DNA of 62,423 nucleotides, taken from positions 1-62,423 of the forward strand of contig SICG01000002.1 of NCBI GenBank assembly GCA_009691525.1, in the 5' to 3' direction. This stretch comes from Candidatus Latescibacterota bacterium. Lineage in GTDB: Bacteria; Latescibacterota; UBA2968; UBA8231. The notes under the pieces are model-generated. The model searched no databases. It was not told where the DNA came from and saw nothing but the letters and a program-made list of their open reading frames with translations. Shown one piece after another: positions 26,659 through 35,414 of this stretch. The stretch's first letter is position 1. Each line of letters starts with the position of its first letter. The translations under genes and the position numbers were made by a program.

Positions 26659-27603
26659 TTAGCGGTAGACTGCCTGGATCATGGCCCGGATATAGCCCAC
26701 GGCAAAGGCGTGGCCCTCGCGGCTCTCGCGATCGCCGGAGATCTCGGGGGTATGGTCCATCATGAAGGGGCCCCCAAACCCCGTCTCTTTGTAGGTCTGC
26801 ATGGCCCGGTACATGTCCACCTGCCCCTCGTCCACAAAGACCTCCTGAAAGCTGCGGGGGGTACCGCGCACGTTGCGGAAGTGCACGTAGGCGATCTTGC
26901 CCAACTTACCGATACGGCGTATGGCTGCGAAGACATCGACCCCCATCTCAGTGACGCAGCCCTGGCAGAAGAGCATGGCATTGGCGGGGCTGGGTACGAG
27001 GTCGAAGATGCGCTGGTAGTGGTCCAGGGAGGAGACGATGCGGGCGGCGCCGCCCATGGGTTCGGGGAGGGGCGGATCGTCGGGATGCAGGGCCAGGCGC
27101 ACGCCCTCCTCCTCGGCTACCGGCAGGATACGCTCCAGAAAGTAGCGCATGTTTTCCAGCAGCTGGGTTTCACCGATCTGCTTTTCGGGATAAAAGGGCG
27201 GGTTCTTGGCGAACTCCCCGTAGTCGAAGGTGCTGTACAGGGCCCCGCCACGGCCCTGGGTGGAGGGAGTGCGGAAGTTGCCCACGGGTTTGAAGTTGTA
27301 CCCCAGGGTGGCGACCCCCGCCTGCCCCAGGGCGCGGATCAGCTGGCGCCACTCTTCGATCTTCTGGTCGCGGTCCGGCAGGGCCAGGGTGATTTCATCC
27401 GGACCGCCTAGAGCAACATTGTGGAGCCGCAGGCCGTGAGACTCGGCCAGGCGCCGCACCTGCTGGAAATAGGCGACCATCTCAGCAGGGGTTTCCAGGG
27501 TGGGGGGCGGGTAGATGGTCAGGTAGTCCACGCCGATGGCTTTGTAGAAGCTGAGGTGTTCGTCATCGACCTGGTTCCAGGGGAGCTGATCTTGAATGTA
27601 CAC
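26659..27603 (-). CDS. uxuA: D-mannonate dehydratase (short UxuA form)
   Basis: The track ORF extends to 27816 through repeat copy C. I place the start at GTG 27603 (AGGAGG, 5 nt, then GTG). GYNFKPV, LALHPDDPP, ARIVSS, VHFRNV, FMMDH are UxuA hallmarks. Confidence 0.8.
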   Translation of the reverse strand: MYIQDQLPWNQVDDEHLSFYKAIGVDYLTIYPPPTLETPAEMVAYFQQVRRLAESHGLRLHNVALGGPDEITLALPDRDQKIEEWRQLIRALGQAGVATLGYNFKPVGNFRTPSTQGRGGALYSTFDYGEFAKNPPFYPEKQIGETQLLENMRYFLERILPVAEEEGVRLALHPDDPPLPEPMGGAARIVSSLDHYQRIFDLVPSPANAMLFCQGCVTEMGVDVFAAIRRIGKLGKIAYVHFRNVRGTPRSFQEVFVDEGQVDMYRAMQTYKETGFGGPFMMDHTPEISGDRESREGHAFAVGYIRAMIQAVYR

Positions 27604-27624
27604 TGGGGCCTCCTGTATCTGTGG

Positions 27625-27766
27625 GCGTCGGTGAGCGACCCGCTCCAGCCTTTTCCCAGGCGCGTCCTGCCCCCTCGCTCGCTCATCGCTCCGCTGCCCC
27701 GCAGCCCTGCCATGCGGACTTCCCTTCCCAACCTCACCCCGGAAAAGTCTCCAGGGCCATCCCCTG
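27625..27766 (+). repeat. Structured intergenic repeat, copy C (form without hairpin cassettes)
   Basis: GCGTCGGTGAGCGACCCGCTCCAGCCTTTTCCCAGGCGCGTCC, core CCCCCTCGCTCGCTCATCGCTCCGCTGCCCC, then GCGGACTTCCCTTCCCAACCTCACCCCGGAAAAGTCTCCAGGGCCATCCCC. Confidence 0.7.
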
Positions 27767-27878
27767 CTGCTGCGTGGTTCCAGTATCTTGGCGATAAGCG
27801 GCCTCGCTGTCAACACTTGGTGGAGGCGACAGATTTTTCTATCTTAGCCGCCATCATCGCCAACGAAAGGAGACTCCC

Positions 27879-28790
27879 ATGCAGATCGAGAAGTTAGCCG
27901 AGGAAAACGCCCTGGTGGGCGAAGGGCCGCTGTGGAACCCCGAGGAGCAGAAGCTGTTGTGGTCCGACATCCACAATGGCAAACTCTTCAGTTACGACCC
28001 TGCCACCGGTCAGAACACCCTGATCCACCACGGCGCCAACGTGGGCGGTTTCGTCCAGAACCGCCAGGGGGGCTATGCCCTGTGTATCTGGGACGGGATT
28101 CTCCTGTGGCGCTCGGACGAGGACTGGGTGCGCCTTTTCCCTGAAAGCCACGAAGGGGAGGCCCTGCATTTCAACGACGTGATCGGCGACCCGGGTGGGC
28201 GGGTCTTCGCCGGCTCCTATTATGGCGACAAGCCGGGCAAGCTCTACCGCTTCGACCCCGACGGCAAGGTGAGCATCGTCGCCGAAGGTATTGGCTGCAG
28301 CAACGGCATGGGTTTCTCGCCGGACCTCAAGACCATGTACTACACCGATGCAGCGGCGCGGCTTATCTGGGCGTACGACTACAAGAAGGAAACCGGTGAG
28401 TTGTCCAACCGGCGCACCTTCGTCGAGATCTCCGACCGCGACGGGGTGCCAGACGGCATGACCGTGGATGCCGAGGGGTTCGTGTGGAGCGCCAACTGGT
28501 TCGGCGGCTGCATCATCCGCCTCGATCCCGACGGGGTGGAGGAGCGGCGCATCCAGACCCCGGCCAAACAGACCTCCAGCGTGATGTTCGGGGGCAAGGA
28601 CCTGGACGAGCTCTACTTCACCTCCGCTGACTTCAAGTGCGAGCCCGGCTCGGCGCTCGACCCGGTGGGGTACGACTGGGATGAGTACAACCGCGGTTAC
28701 CGGGGTGGCGGGCTCTTCCGTATCCTCGGTCTGGGCATCCAGGGCAAGGAGGAGTTCAAAGCGGATTTCGCCTGGCCAACAAAGAAGTGA
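27879..28790 (+). CDS. SMP-30/gluconolactonase/LRE-like lactonase
   Basis: 303 aa: LVGEGPLWNPEEQKLLWSDI, NGMGFSPD, PDGMTVDAEG. Confidence 0.85.
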   Translation: MQIEKLAEENALVGEGPLWNPEEQKLLWSDIHNGKLFSYDPATGQNTLIHHGANVGGFVQNRQGGYALCIWDGILLWRSDEDWVRLFPESHEGEALHFNDVIGDPGGRVFAGSYYGDKPGKLYRFDPDGKVSIVAEGIGCSNGMGFSPDLKTMYYTDAAARLIWAYDYKKETGELSNRRTFVEISDRDGVPDGMTVDAEGFVWSANWFGGCIIRLDPDGVEERRIQTPAKQTSSVMFGGKDLDELYFTSADFKCEPGSALDPVGYDWDEYNRGYRGGGLFRILGLGIQGKEEFKADFAWPTKK

Positions 28791-28800
28791 GGGCCGGCAA

Positions 28801-29466
28801 ATGAGAAAGCTATGGATAGCAGGCTTGCTCGCCTTCTTCGGCCTGGCCGGTGCCCTATGGGCTGCCCCCAGCAGCCCCCGGCCAACGCCGGCCCCGACCC
28901 CGGCGGTGCTCAGCCCCGCGCAGGAGGCCGACGAGCACTACAACAAGGGGTTGGAACACGAGGAGCAGGCCAGGGCGCACGAAAAAAAGGCCGCCACTGC
29001 CAAGAACAAACAGAAAGAGCTGGACAAGGCGCGCGTGGAATACGAGCTCGCTCTGGGGGAGCAGCTGGAGGCCACCCGCCTGAACCCCAAATTCCACGAG
29101 GCGTTCAGCAGCCTGGGTTACGCCTGCCGCAAGACCGGCGACTATACGGGAGCCCTCAAGGCCTACGATATGGCCCTCATGCTCAAGCCAGATTACGCTG
29201 AGGCCATCGAGTACCGGGCCGAGGCGTACCTGGGTTTGAATCGGATTGAGGACGCCCAGAAGGCGTACGAGTGGCTCTTCCTGCGCGATCCCAAGAAGGC
29301 CGAGTCCCTGCTCCTGGCCTTCAAAGGCTGGGTGGAACGGCACCAGGCCGACCTCGCCGGTGTTGAGGCGGCGCAGCTGGCAGGGGTGCAGGCCTGGGTA
29401 GGGCAGAAGGAGACGGCCGACCAGGACGTGAGCGGGACTAAAGAGACCGGCAAGAAGGAATGGTAG
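28801..29466 (+). CDS. Secreted TPR-repeat protein
   Basis: The track ORF starts at 28681. ATG at 28801 gives MRKLWIAGLLAFFGLAGALWA (signal peptide). TPR-like repeats follow (AFSSLGYACRKTGDYTGALKAYDMALMLKPDYAEA..). Confidence 0.65.
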   Translation: MRKLWIAGLLAFFGLAGALWAAPSSPRPTPAPTPAVLSPAQEADEHYNKGLEHEEQARAHEKKAATAKNKQKELDKARVEYELALGEQLEATRLNPKFHEAFSSLGYACRKTGDYTGALKAYDMALMLKPDYAEAIEYRAEAYLGLNRIEDAQKAYEWLFLRDPKKAESLLLAFKGWVERHQADLAGVEAAQLAGVQAWVGQKETADQDVSGTKETGKKEW

Positions 29467-29493
29467 CTCAGGGGACTCAGCGGAGGTGAAAGC

Positions 29494-29790
29494 ATGAGCA
29501 CACAATTCGCCATCAGCGGGTACATCGATCGGGCCATGTCCCAGGCCGAGTACGATAAACTAGAGGACGCCACCTTTTCAGGGCGCGTCCCCAACTGCCC
29601 AGGCGTGATTGCCTTTGGTTCGACCCTGCGCGCCTGCGAGGACGAACTGCGCTCCACCCTGGAAGACTGGCTGTTGGTAGGCTTCAGGCTGGGCCATGCC
29701 CTGCCCATCATCGATGGGATCGATCTGTATAAGGTAACAGGCCATGAGCCGGGATACCCTGTAAGCGGAGTGAGTTCATCCGCCGGTTGA
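29494..29790 (+). CDS. hicB: HicB-family antitoxin
   Basis: 98 aa: FSGRVPNCPGVIAFGSTLRACEDELRSTLEDWLLVGFRLGHALPIIDGIDL, a HicB-like (UPF0150-type) fold signature. Confidence 0.7.
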   Translation: MSTQFAISGYIDRAMSQAEYDKLEDATFSGRVPNCPGVIAFGSTLRACEDELRSTLEDWLLVGFRLGHALPIIDGIDLYKVTGHEPGYPVSGVSSSAG

Positions 29791-29975
29791 GACGGCTCGG
29801 TTTCGCGGGGCCCATCGCCGGGACGCGACATCAGCTCATGGTACATCAGCAACATCGACTGGCAGTGCCATCGAATCAGGAATACTCAGTGCCCCAGTTC
29901 AGGATGATGATCCGGGAGGTAGAGCAGATCCTGGGGCGGCAAGTATTGGCTGAAGAGTGGAACAGCCTGTCGTGA
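29744..29975 (+). CDS. hicA: HicA-family toxin with an apparent +1 frameshift after codon 6
   Basis: Track ORF 29787..29975 (TTG start) lacks the N-terminus. That same frame is open from 29748 (..KRSEFIRRLRRLGFAGPIAGTRHQLMV..) but has no canonical start codon. ATG at 29744 gives MSRDTL then TAA. Removing T29762 joins MSRDTL to KRSEFIRRL... Confidence 0.6.
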
Positions 29976-30010
29976 GACCTACAACCATCGTCGTAAACAG
30001 GGAGGGCGAG

Positions 30011-31312
30011 ATGAAGAGAACTGTTGCGCGCCTTGCAGTATACAGCCTTCTGCTGCTGGCAGCTGCGGCCCAGGCCCAGGAGCGGGTCGTCACCGTCTGG
30101 TGGGCCCAGTGGGCCCCGGCCGACGCGCTGCAGGAATTGGGCAATGACTTCCAGAAGGAAACCGGGATCGCCGTCAAGGTACACCAGATCCCCTGGCCCT
30201 CGTACCAGGAGCAGGTTTTCCTCAACTTTGGCAATAAGCAGACGGACTTCGACATCGTGGTGGGCGACAGCCAGTGGATCGGGCGGGGGGCCACCAAGGG
30301 CCTGTATCTGGAACTCACCGACTGGCTGCCCACGGCGGTGGACCTCAAGACCATTCACCCGCGTGCGGCCAAGTACCTGTGTGAGTACCCGCCGGGCAGC
30401 GGCAAGTACTTCGCCGCCCCTTGCGAAACCGATGCCCTGGGCTTCGTGTACAGAAAAGATTGGTTCGAGGACCCGGCGAACCAGGCGGCTTTCAAGGCCA
30501 AGTACGGACGGGAACTCAAAACCCCCGACACCTGGGCCGAATTCCGCAACCTGGCCGAGTTCTTCCACCATCCCGACCAGAAGCGCTACGGCTGCTCCCT
30601 GCTCACCGGGCGGGAGTACGACTCCATCGTCATGGGTTTTCAGCCTTTTCTCTGGTCCTGGGGGGGATCCTGGGGCGATCCGGCCACCTTTGCGGTGAAG
30701 GGCTACCTCAACACCCCGCAGGCCGCCGAGGCCCTGCAGTTCCTCAAGGATATGTTGGCATTCACCCCGCCGGGGGGCAGCAACGCCGACTATTTCGTCA
30801 ACCTCGAGGCCTTCAGCAATGGATCTACGGCGATGGTGCTCGACTACTTTCCCTTCTATCCGGGTATCGTCGCCAGCATGGGGACGCAGGTGGGTTTCTT
30901 CATGATGCCGGGCAAGGACGGCAAACGGGCCATCAGCCTGGGAGGGCAGGGTTTCAGCATCTCCACCAAAACCCCTGCGGCCCAGCAGGACCTGGCCAAG
31001 CAGTTCATCGCCTGGTTCCAAAAGCCTGAGGTGCAGCAAAAATGGATTGCCTATCCGGGGTCCTTCACCGCCAACACCGCCCTGCTCAAGAGCGAAGCCT
31101 TTGCCAAAGCCGCCCCGTACAACCCCACCTTTGCCGCTTCGCTCGACTATCTACAAGATTTCTGGAACGTACCGGCCTACAACGAACTGCTGGGCAAGGC
31201 GGTACTCTATTTGGGTGAAGCCCTAGACGGGGTGAAGACCCCGCAGGCGGCCCTGGACCAGTTGGCCGAGGAACACGAATTAATCATGCAGCAGGCCGGC
31301 TTGCTGAAGTAG
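30011..31312 (+). CDS. Sugar ABC transporter substrate-binding protein (CUT1 family)
   Basis: ATG at 30011 follows GGAGGG. Signal peptide MKRTVARLAVYSLLLLAAAAQAQ. VTVWWAQWAPADALQELGNDFQKETGI is typical of SBP family 1. Confidence 0.8.
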   Translation: MKRTVARLAVYSLLLLAAAAQAQERVVTVWWAQWAPADALQELGNDFQKETGIAVKVHQIPWPSYQEQVFLNFGNKQTDFDIVVGDSQWIGRGATKGLYLELTDWLPTAVDLKTIHPRAAKYLCEYPPGSGKYFAAPCETDALGFVYRKDWFEDPANQAAFKAKYGRELKTPDTWAEFRNLAEFFHHPDQKRYGCSLLTGREYDSIVMGFQPFLWSWGGSWGDPATFAVKGYLNTPQAAEALQFLKDMLAFTPPGGSNADYFVNLEAFSNGSTAMVLDYFPFYPGIVASMGTQVGFFMMPGKDGKRAISLGGQGFSISTKTPAAQQDLAKQFIAWFQKPEVQQKWIAYPGSFTANTALLKSEAFAKAAPYNPTFAASLDYLQDFWNVPAYNELLGKAVLYLGEALDGVKTPQAALDQLAEEHELIMQQAGLLK

Positions 31313-31374
31313 GACAGTCCTCTGTGGCTGTCGTCGGTATGGGCGGCCACGGAGGGCCGTCCCACGTATCAATA

Positions 31375-32274
31375 ATGAGTGAGGTCCAGGCAATGTCGGG
31401 AGGAGGGCGCGGCGGCTGGCTGAAGTACGGCTTTGTGGGGCCGGCCCTGCTCCTGCTCATCGCCATGAACATCTTCCCGCTGGTCTACAGTATCTTCCTC
31501 AGCTTCACCGACGCCGATCTGGTCGGCGGCGACTGGCAGGGGGTGGGGACGCGCAATTACGCCGCCCTTTTCCGCGCCCCCCAGTACGGGGCGGCGCTGC
31601 GCACCACCGCCCTCTTCGCAGTCCTGGCCGTAGGTTGCGAGCTGGTGCTGGGTTTCGCCCTGGCCCTGTGCCTCAGGGATCGTTTTCGTCTCAAACCCGC
31701 CCTGCTCACACTCCTACTTATCCCGATGATGCTGCCCCCGGCGGTGATGGGTATCTATTGGAAATTGGTGCTCAACGGCAATTACGGCATCCTCAACCAG
31801 GGCTTCGCCGCCCTGGGTCTGGGCCAGCCTCAGTGGATCACCGACCCAGGCCTCAAGTTCTTCTCCATGCTGATGGTCGAGGTGTGGATGTGGACCCCCT
31901 TCATGCTGCTGATCGGGCTGGCGGCCCTTAACGCCATTCCGGGGTACATCTATGAGGCGGCGGCGATTGACCGGGCCTCGTGCTGGCGGGTACTTTGCCG
32001 CATTACCCTGCCGATGTGCGCCCCGCTGCTGGGCCTCGCCGTATTGCTGCGAGCCACCGACGCACTCAAGCAGTTCGACCTGGTGATGGCCTTCACCGGA
32101 CCCAACGACGCGGCCACCCAGACCCTCAGCGCCCTGCTCTATCAGGTGATGTTCCGCGACGGCAAGGTGGGATTGGGCACGGCGTACTCCTATGTGGTGC
32201 TGGTGCTGGTCATCGCCCTGGCCAGCGTCTTTCTCCGCTACCTGGAGCGGCTGCGGCAGAAGGGCGCTGCATGA
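31375..32274 (+). CDS. Sugar ABC transporter permease (MalF-like)
   Basis: Track ORF starts at 31324; ATG at 31375 or 31393 is more plausible. Six TM segments and an EAA-like loop (IYEAAAIDRASCWRVLCRITLP). Confidence 0.8.
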   Translation: MSEVQAMSGGGRGGWLKYGFVGPALLLLIAMNIFPLVYSIFLSFTDADLVGGDWQGVGTRNYAALFRAPQYGAALRTTALFAVLAVGCELVLGFALALCLRDRFRLKPALLTLLLIPMMLPPAVMGIYWKLVLNGNYGILNQGFAALGLGQPQWITDPGLKFFSMLMVEVWMWTPFMLLIGLAALNAIPGYIYEAAAIDRASCWRVLCRITLPMCAPLLGLAVLLRATDALKQFDLVMAFTGPNDAATQTLSALLYQVMFRDGKVGLGTAYSYVVLVLVIALASVFLRYLERLRQKGAA

Positions 32275-33128
32275 AGGCCCTGCGCTGGGTTTTTGTGGTC
32301 CTGTACTTCGGTGTTGCCTCGCTGCCCCTGGGCTGGTTGGCGCTTACCTCGGTCAAACACAAAGCTGCCAGTATCAGTATCGATCCCAAACTCTTGCCCT
32401 CGCTTTCTGGATCAGAGGAGGGTATCTGGTTCGCCCCCACCTTGGAGGCGTACCGCCAACTGAACCAGACCTACACCGGCGCGGCCCGGCCTTTCTTTCA
32501 CTACCTGAAAAACAGCATCCTGATTGGCCTGTCGAGCACTTTTTGTGCGGTGGTGATCGGCACGGCCTGCGCGTACGGCTTCAGCCGCTTCCGCATCGCC
32601 GGCGCGCGCGACTGGCTCTTCTTTATCCTCTCCACCCGCTTCCTGCCCCCCCTGGCCGTGGTGATGCCGGTGCTGATGATGTACCGCGAATTCGATCTGC
32701 AGAACACCCACCTAGGGCTGGTGCTGCTCTACACCACTTTCAACCTGTCGCTGGCCGTGTGGCTGATGAAGGGGTTTATCGACGAGATCCCCCGGGCCTA
32801 CGAGGAGGCGGCGCTGGTGGACGGGTACACCCGGCTGCAGGTTTTCTGGAAGATCGTCGTGCCGCGCGCCGCCCCGGGCATGGCGGTGACCGGGGTCTTC
32901 TGCCTGATCTCGGCCTGGAACGAATACGGCTTTGCCATGACCCTCAACAACCAGGAGGCGGTGACCGTGCCGGTTTTCTTCGCCGGCCTCCAGGGCAACG
33001 TGCAGGGGTTGCCCTGGCCGCAGATCGCCGCCGGGGTGCTGCTCTTTGTGATCCCCATCGCGGTGTTCACGGTGCTGGTGCGCCGGCACCTCTTGCGCGG
33101 GGTGAGTTTCGGGACCATCAAGCGATGA
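32271..33128 (+). CDS. Sugar ABC transporter permease (MalG-like)
   Basis: ATG at 32271 overlaps the upstream stop (ATGA). MKALRWVFVVLYFGV.. and EAA loop YEEAALVDGYTRLQVFWKIVVP. Confidence 0.8.
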   Translation: MKALRWVFVVLYFGVASLPLGWLALTSVKHKAASISIDPKLLPSLSGSEEGIWFAPTLEAYRQLNQTYTGAARPFFHYLKNSILIGLSSTFCAVVIGTACAYGFSRFRIAGARDWLFFILSTRFLPPLAVVMPVLMMYREFDLQNTHLGLVLLYTTFNLSLAVWLMKGFIDEIPRAYEEAALVDGYTRLQVFWKIVVPRAAPGMAVTGVFCLISAWNEYGFAMTLNNQEAVTVPVFFAGLQGNVQGLPWPQIAAGVLLFVIPIAVFTVLVRRHLLRGVSFGTIKR

Positions 33129-33298
33129 TTCGCTGGTGCGACAAAATCGCCCAGGCCGGCATGGCCCTGGGAGTGGCCCTGATGCTGCAGCCCTGGTGGC
33201 AGGGAGGGCTGCGCTGCGGGTTTTTTGCCACCGCCCTCTGCACCCTCTTGCATATCCTCACCTCACATCTGGTCGTCCGAGCCCAGGAGCAGACATGA
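33125..33298 (+). CDS. Small (57-aa) predicted two-helix membrane protein, translationally coupled on both sides
   Basis: ATGA overlaps at 33125-33128 and 33295-33298. Sequence is MIRWCDKIAQAGMALGVALMLQPWWQGGLRCGFFATALCTLLHILTSHLVVRAQEQT. Confidence 0.5.
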   Translation: MIRWCDKIAQAGMALGVALMLQPWWQGGLRCGFFATALCTLLHILTSHLVVRAQEQT

Positions 33299-34341
33299 GT
33301 TTCCTCCGGCTCAGCGGGCTAGAGAAGACCTACCCAGACGGCACCCGCGCCGTGAAGGGCATCGACCTGGAGTGCGAGGAAGGGGAGTTGGTGGTGTTGC
33401 TGGGACCTTCGGGTTGCGGCAAGACCACGACCTTGCGTATGGTGGCCGGGTTGGAGCAGCCCACAGCTGGCCGGATCGAAGTGGCCGGCGAGCAAACCAC
33501 CGGGCTGCCGCCGGGGGCGCGGGACGTGGGTTTTGTCTTTCAGTTTTACGCTCTCTATCCCCATTTGCGGGTGCGGGAAAATGTCGGTTTCCCCCTAGAG
33601 TGTATGGGGGTGGGAAAATCCGAGCGCCAGCAACGGGTGGGCGAAATCCTCGAACGCCTGGGCCTGAGCCAACTGGCCGAATTCCTGCCCGAGCAGCTCT
33701 CGGGAGGCGACCAGCAGCGGGTGGCCCTGGCCAGGGCCATGGTGCGCCGGCCCCGGCTCTATCTGATGGACGAACCCCTGGGCACCCTCGACGCGGACTT
33801 GCGCCTGGAGATGCGCGAGCTGATCCGCACCCAGCAACTGGAGACCGGGGTGACTACCTTGTACGTGACCCACGACCAGGAGGAGGCCATGAGCCTGGCC
33901 GACCGGGTGGTGGTGATGGAGGCAGGGCAGATCCGCCAGAATGCCCCGCCTGCCCAGGTGTACGAGCATCCCGCCGATCTCTTTGTGGCCCATTTTATCG
34001 GCAGTCCGGGCATGAATTTTGTCGAGGGCCGGGTACATGAGGGGTGTTTTGAAGGGAAAGGCTGGACCCTGCCCCTGTCTCAGGAGAGTCTCCGGGGGCC
34101 GGCTACCCTGGGGGTGCGGCCCGAACATCTTCGCTTGGACCCGCAGGGACCGCTGCGCGGCCGGGTGGCGATGGACGAATACCTGGGCGTCTGTCGGCAC
34201 TTGTACATCGACACCGAGGTGGGCCGGCTGGCCATGCGGGTGGAAAGCGATGGGCGTCTGCCCGTAGGGGCAGAGGTGGGCCTGAGTGTGGCTGCCGAGC
34301 ACGTGCGCCTCTTCGATCCGACCACGGGCAGGGGCTGGTGA
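33295..34341 (+). CDS. ABC transporter ATP-binding protein (MalK/UgpC-like), first of two
   Basis: 348 aa: Walker A GPSGCGKTT, signature LSGGDQQRV, Walker B LYLMDEP, and a C-terminal TOBE-like region. Confidence 0.85.
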   Translation: MSFLRLSGLEKTYPDGTRAVKGIDLECEEGELVVLLGPSGCGKTTTLRMVAGLEQPTAGRIEVAGEQTTGLPPGARDVGFVFQFYALYPHLRVRENVGFPLECMGVGKSERQQRVGEILERLGLSQLAEFLPEQLSGGDQQRVALARAMVRRPRLYLMDEPLGTLDADLRLEMRELIRTQQLETGVTTLYVTHDQEEAMSLADRVVVMEAGQIRQNAPPAQVYEHPADLFVAHFIGSPGMNFVEGRVHEGCFEGKGWTLPLSQESLRGPATLGVRPEHLRLDPQGPLRGRVAMDEYLGVCRHLYIDTEVGRLAMRVESDGRLPVGAEVGLSVAAEHVRLFDPTTGRGW

Positions 34342-35381
34342 TGGCGGCCTTGCTGCGTTTGCGCGGCGTGGTCGTGCGCTTCGGCCAGGTCCAGGCTCTG
34401 GCCGGGGTAGACCTCGAACTGGCCGCCGACGAGCTGCTGGTGGTGCTGGGGCCTAGCGGGGCGGGGAAGACGACGCTTTTGCGTACCATCGCGGGCCTGG
34501 AGACCCCCGACGCAGGGCAGCTCGAACTGGCCGGCGAGGACATCACCCGCTGGTCACCGGCCGCCCGGGACGTGGCCCTGGTCTTTCAGCATTTCGCCCT
34601 CTATCCAGATTGGACCGTGCGCCAGAACCTCGAATTCCCGCTCAAGGCTCCGGGGCGGAGGCTGGCAGGAGGGGAGATCGCCGAGCGGGTACAGTGGGCC
34701 GCCGGGCTCTTGCACATCGAAGGGTTGCTGGATCGGCCGGCTGCCCGGCTCTCGGGAGGGGAGATGCAGCGGGTGGCCATTGGCCGCTGCCTGGTGCGTC
34801 GGCCCCGGCTCTTTCTCCTCGACGAACCCCTGACCAATCTCGATGCCAAACTGCGCGAGGCCCTGCGGGTGGAGTTGGCTCTGTTGCGCCGGCAGCTGGG
34901 TATCCCGATGATCCTGGTGACCCACGACCAGGCCGAGGCCCTGTCCATGGGGGACCGGCTGGTGGTGTTGGATCGGGGACAGGTGCTGCAGAGCGGTTCC
35001 CCTGAGCAAGTGTACCGCCGGCCGGTTTCGCCCCTGGTGGCCAGGCAGTTGGGCCAGCCTCGGATCAACCTGTTAGAGGTGCGGCGACAAGGCGGCTACT
35101 GGGTGGGTGGCCAGGGGGTGCGGGTACTGGAGGCCGGCCAGGAAGGGGAGTGTATGCAGTTGGGGGTGCGGCCTGAGGACTTGATCCCAGAAGGAGGGCT
35201 GGACCCGGCGCGGGTGCGGGTGGTGGAGGACACCGGGCCGGCGCAAATTCTCTTGGCTGACTGGGGCGGGTGCCCGGTACACCTGTTGGTGGCAAAGGGC
35301 GCTCACTTTGCGCCGGGGGACCAGATCTTTCCCCGGGTGAAGCAGGGTCAGGCAGTGCTGTGGCCCTGCGGAGACAAATAA
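34338..35381 (+). CDS. ABC transporter ATP-binding protein (MalK-like), second of two
   Basis: 347 aa: GPSGAGKTT, LSGGEMQRV, LFLLDEP. The start overlaps the upstream stop. Confidence 0.85.
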   Translation: MMAALLRLRGVVVRFGQVQALAGVDLELAADELLVVLGPSGAGKTTLLRTIAGLETPDAGQLELAGEDITRWSPAARDVALVFQHFALYPDWTVRQNLEFPLKAPGRRLAGGEIAERVQWAAGLLHIEGLLDRPAARLSGGEMQRVAIGRCLVRRPRLFLLDEPLTNLDAKLREALRVELALLRRQLGIPMILVTHDQAEALSMGDRLVVLDRGQVLQSGSPEQVYRRPVSPLVARQLGQPRINLLEVRRQGGYWVGGQGVRVLEAGQEGECMQLGVRPEDLIPEGGLDPARVRVVEDTGPAQILLADWGGCPVHLLVAKGAHFAPGDQIFPRVKQGQAVLWPCGDK

Positions 35382-35414
35382 GATCGGCTTATCTTTTGAC
35401 GAAATGAGTGCGCG

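Noticed and set aside
27604-27816. N-terminal extension of uxuA in the track ORF 26659..27816.
   Set aside because: The extension is the reverse translation of repeat copy C. An AGGAGG-5nt-GTG start at 27603 gives a normal short-form UxuA.
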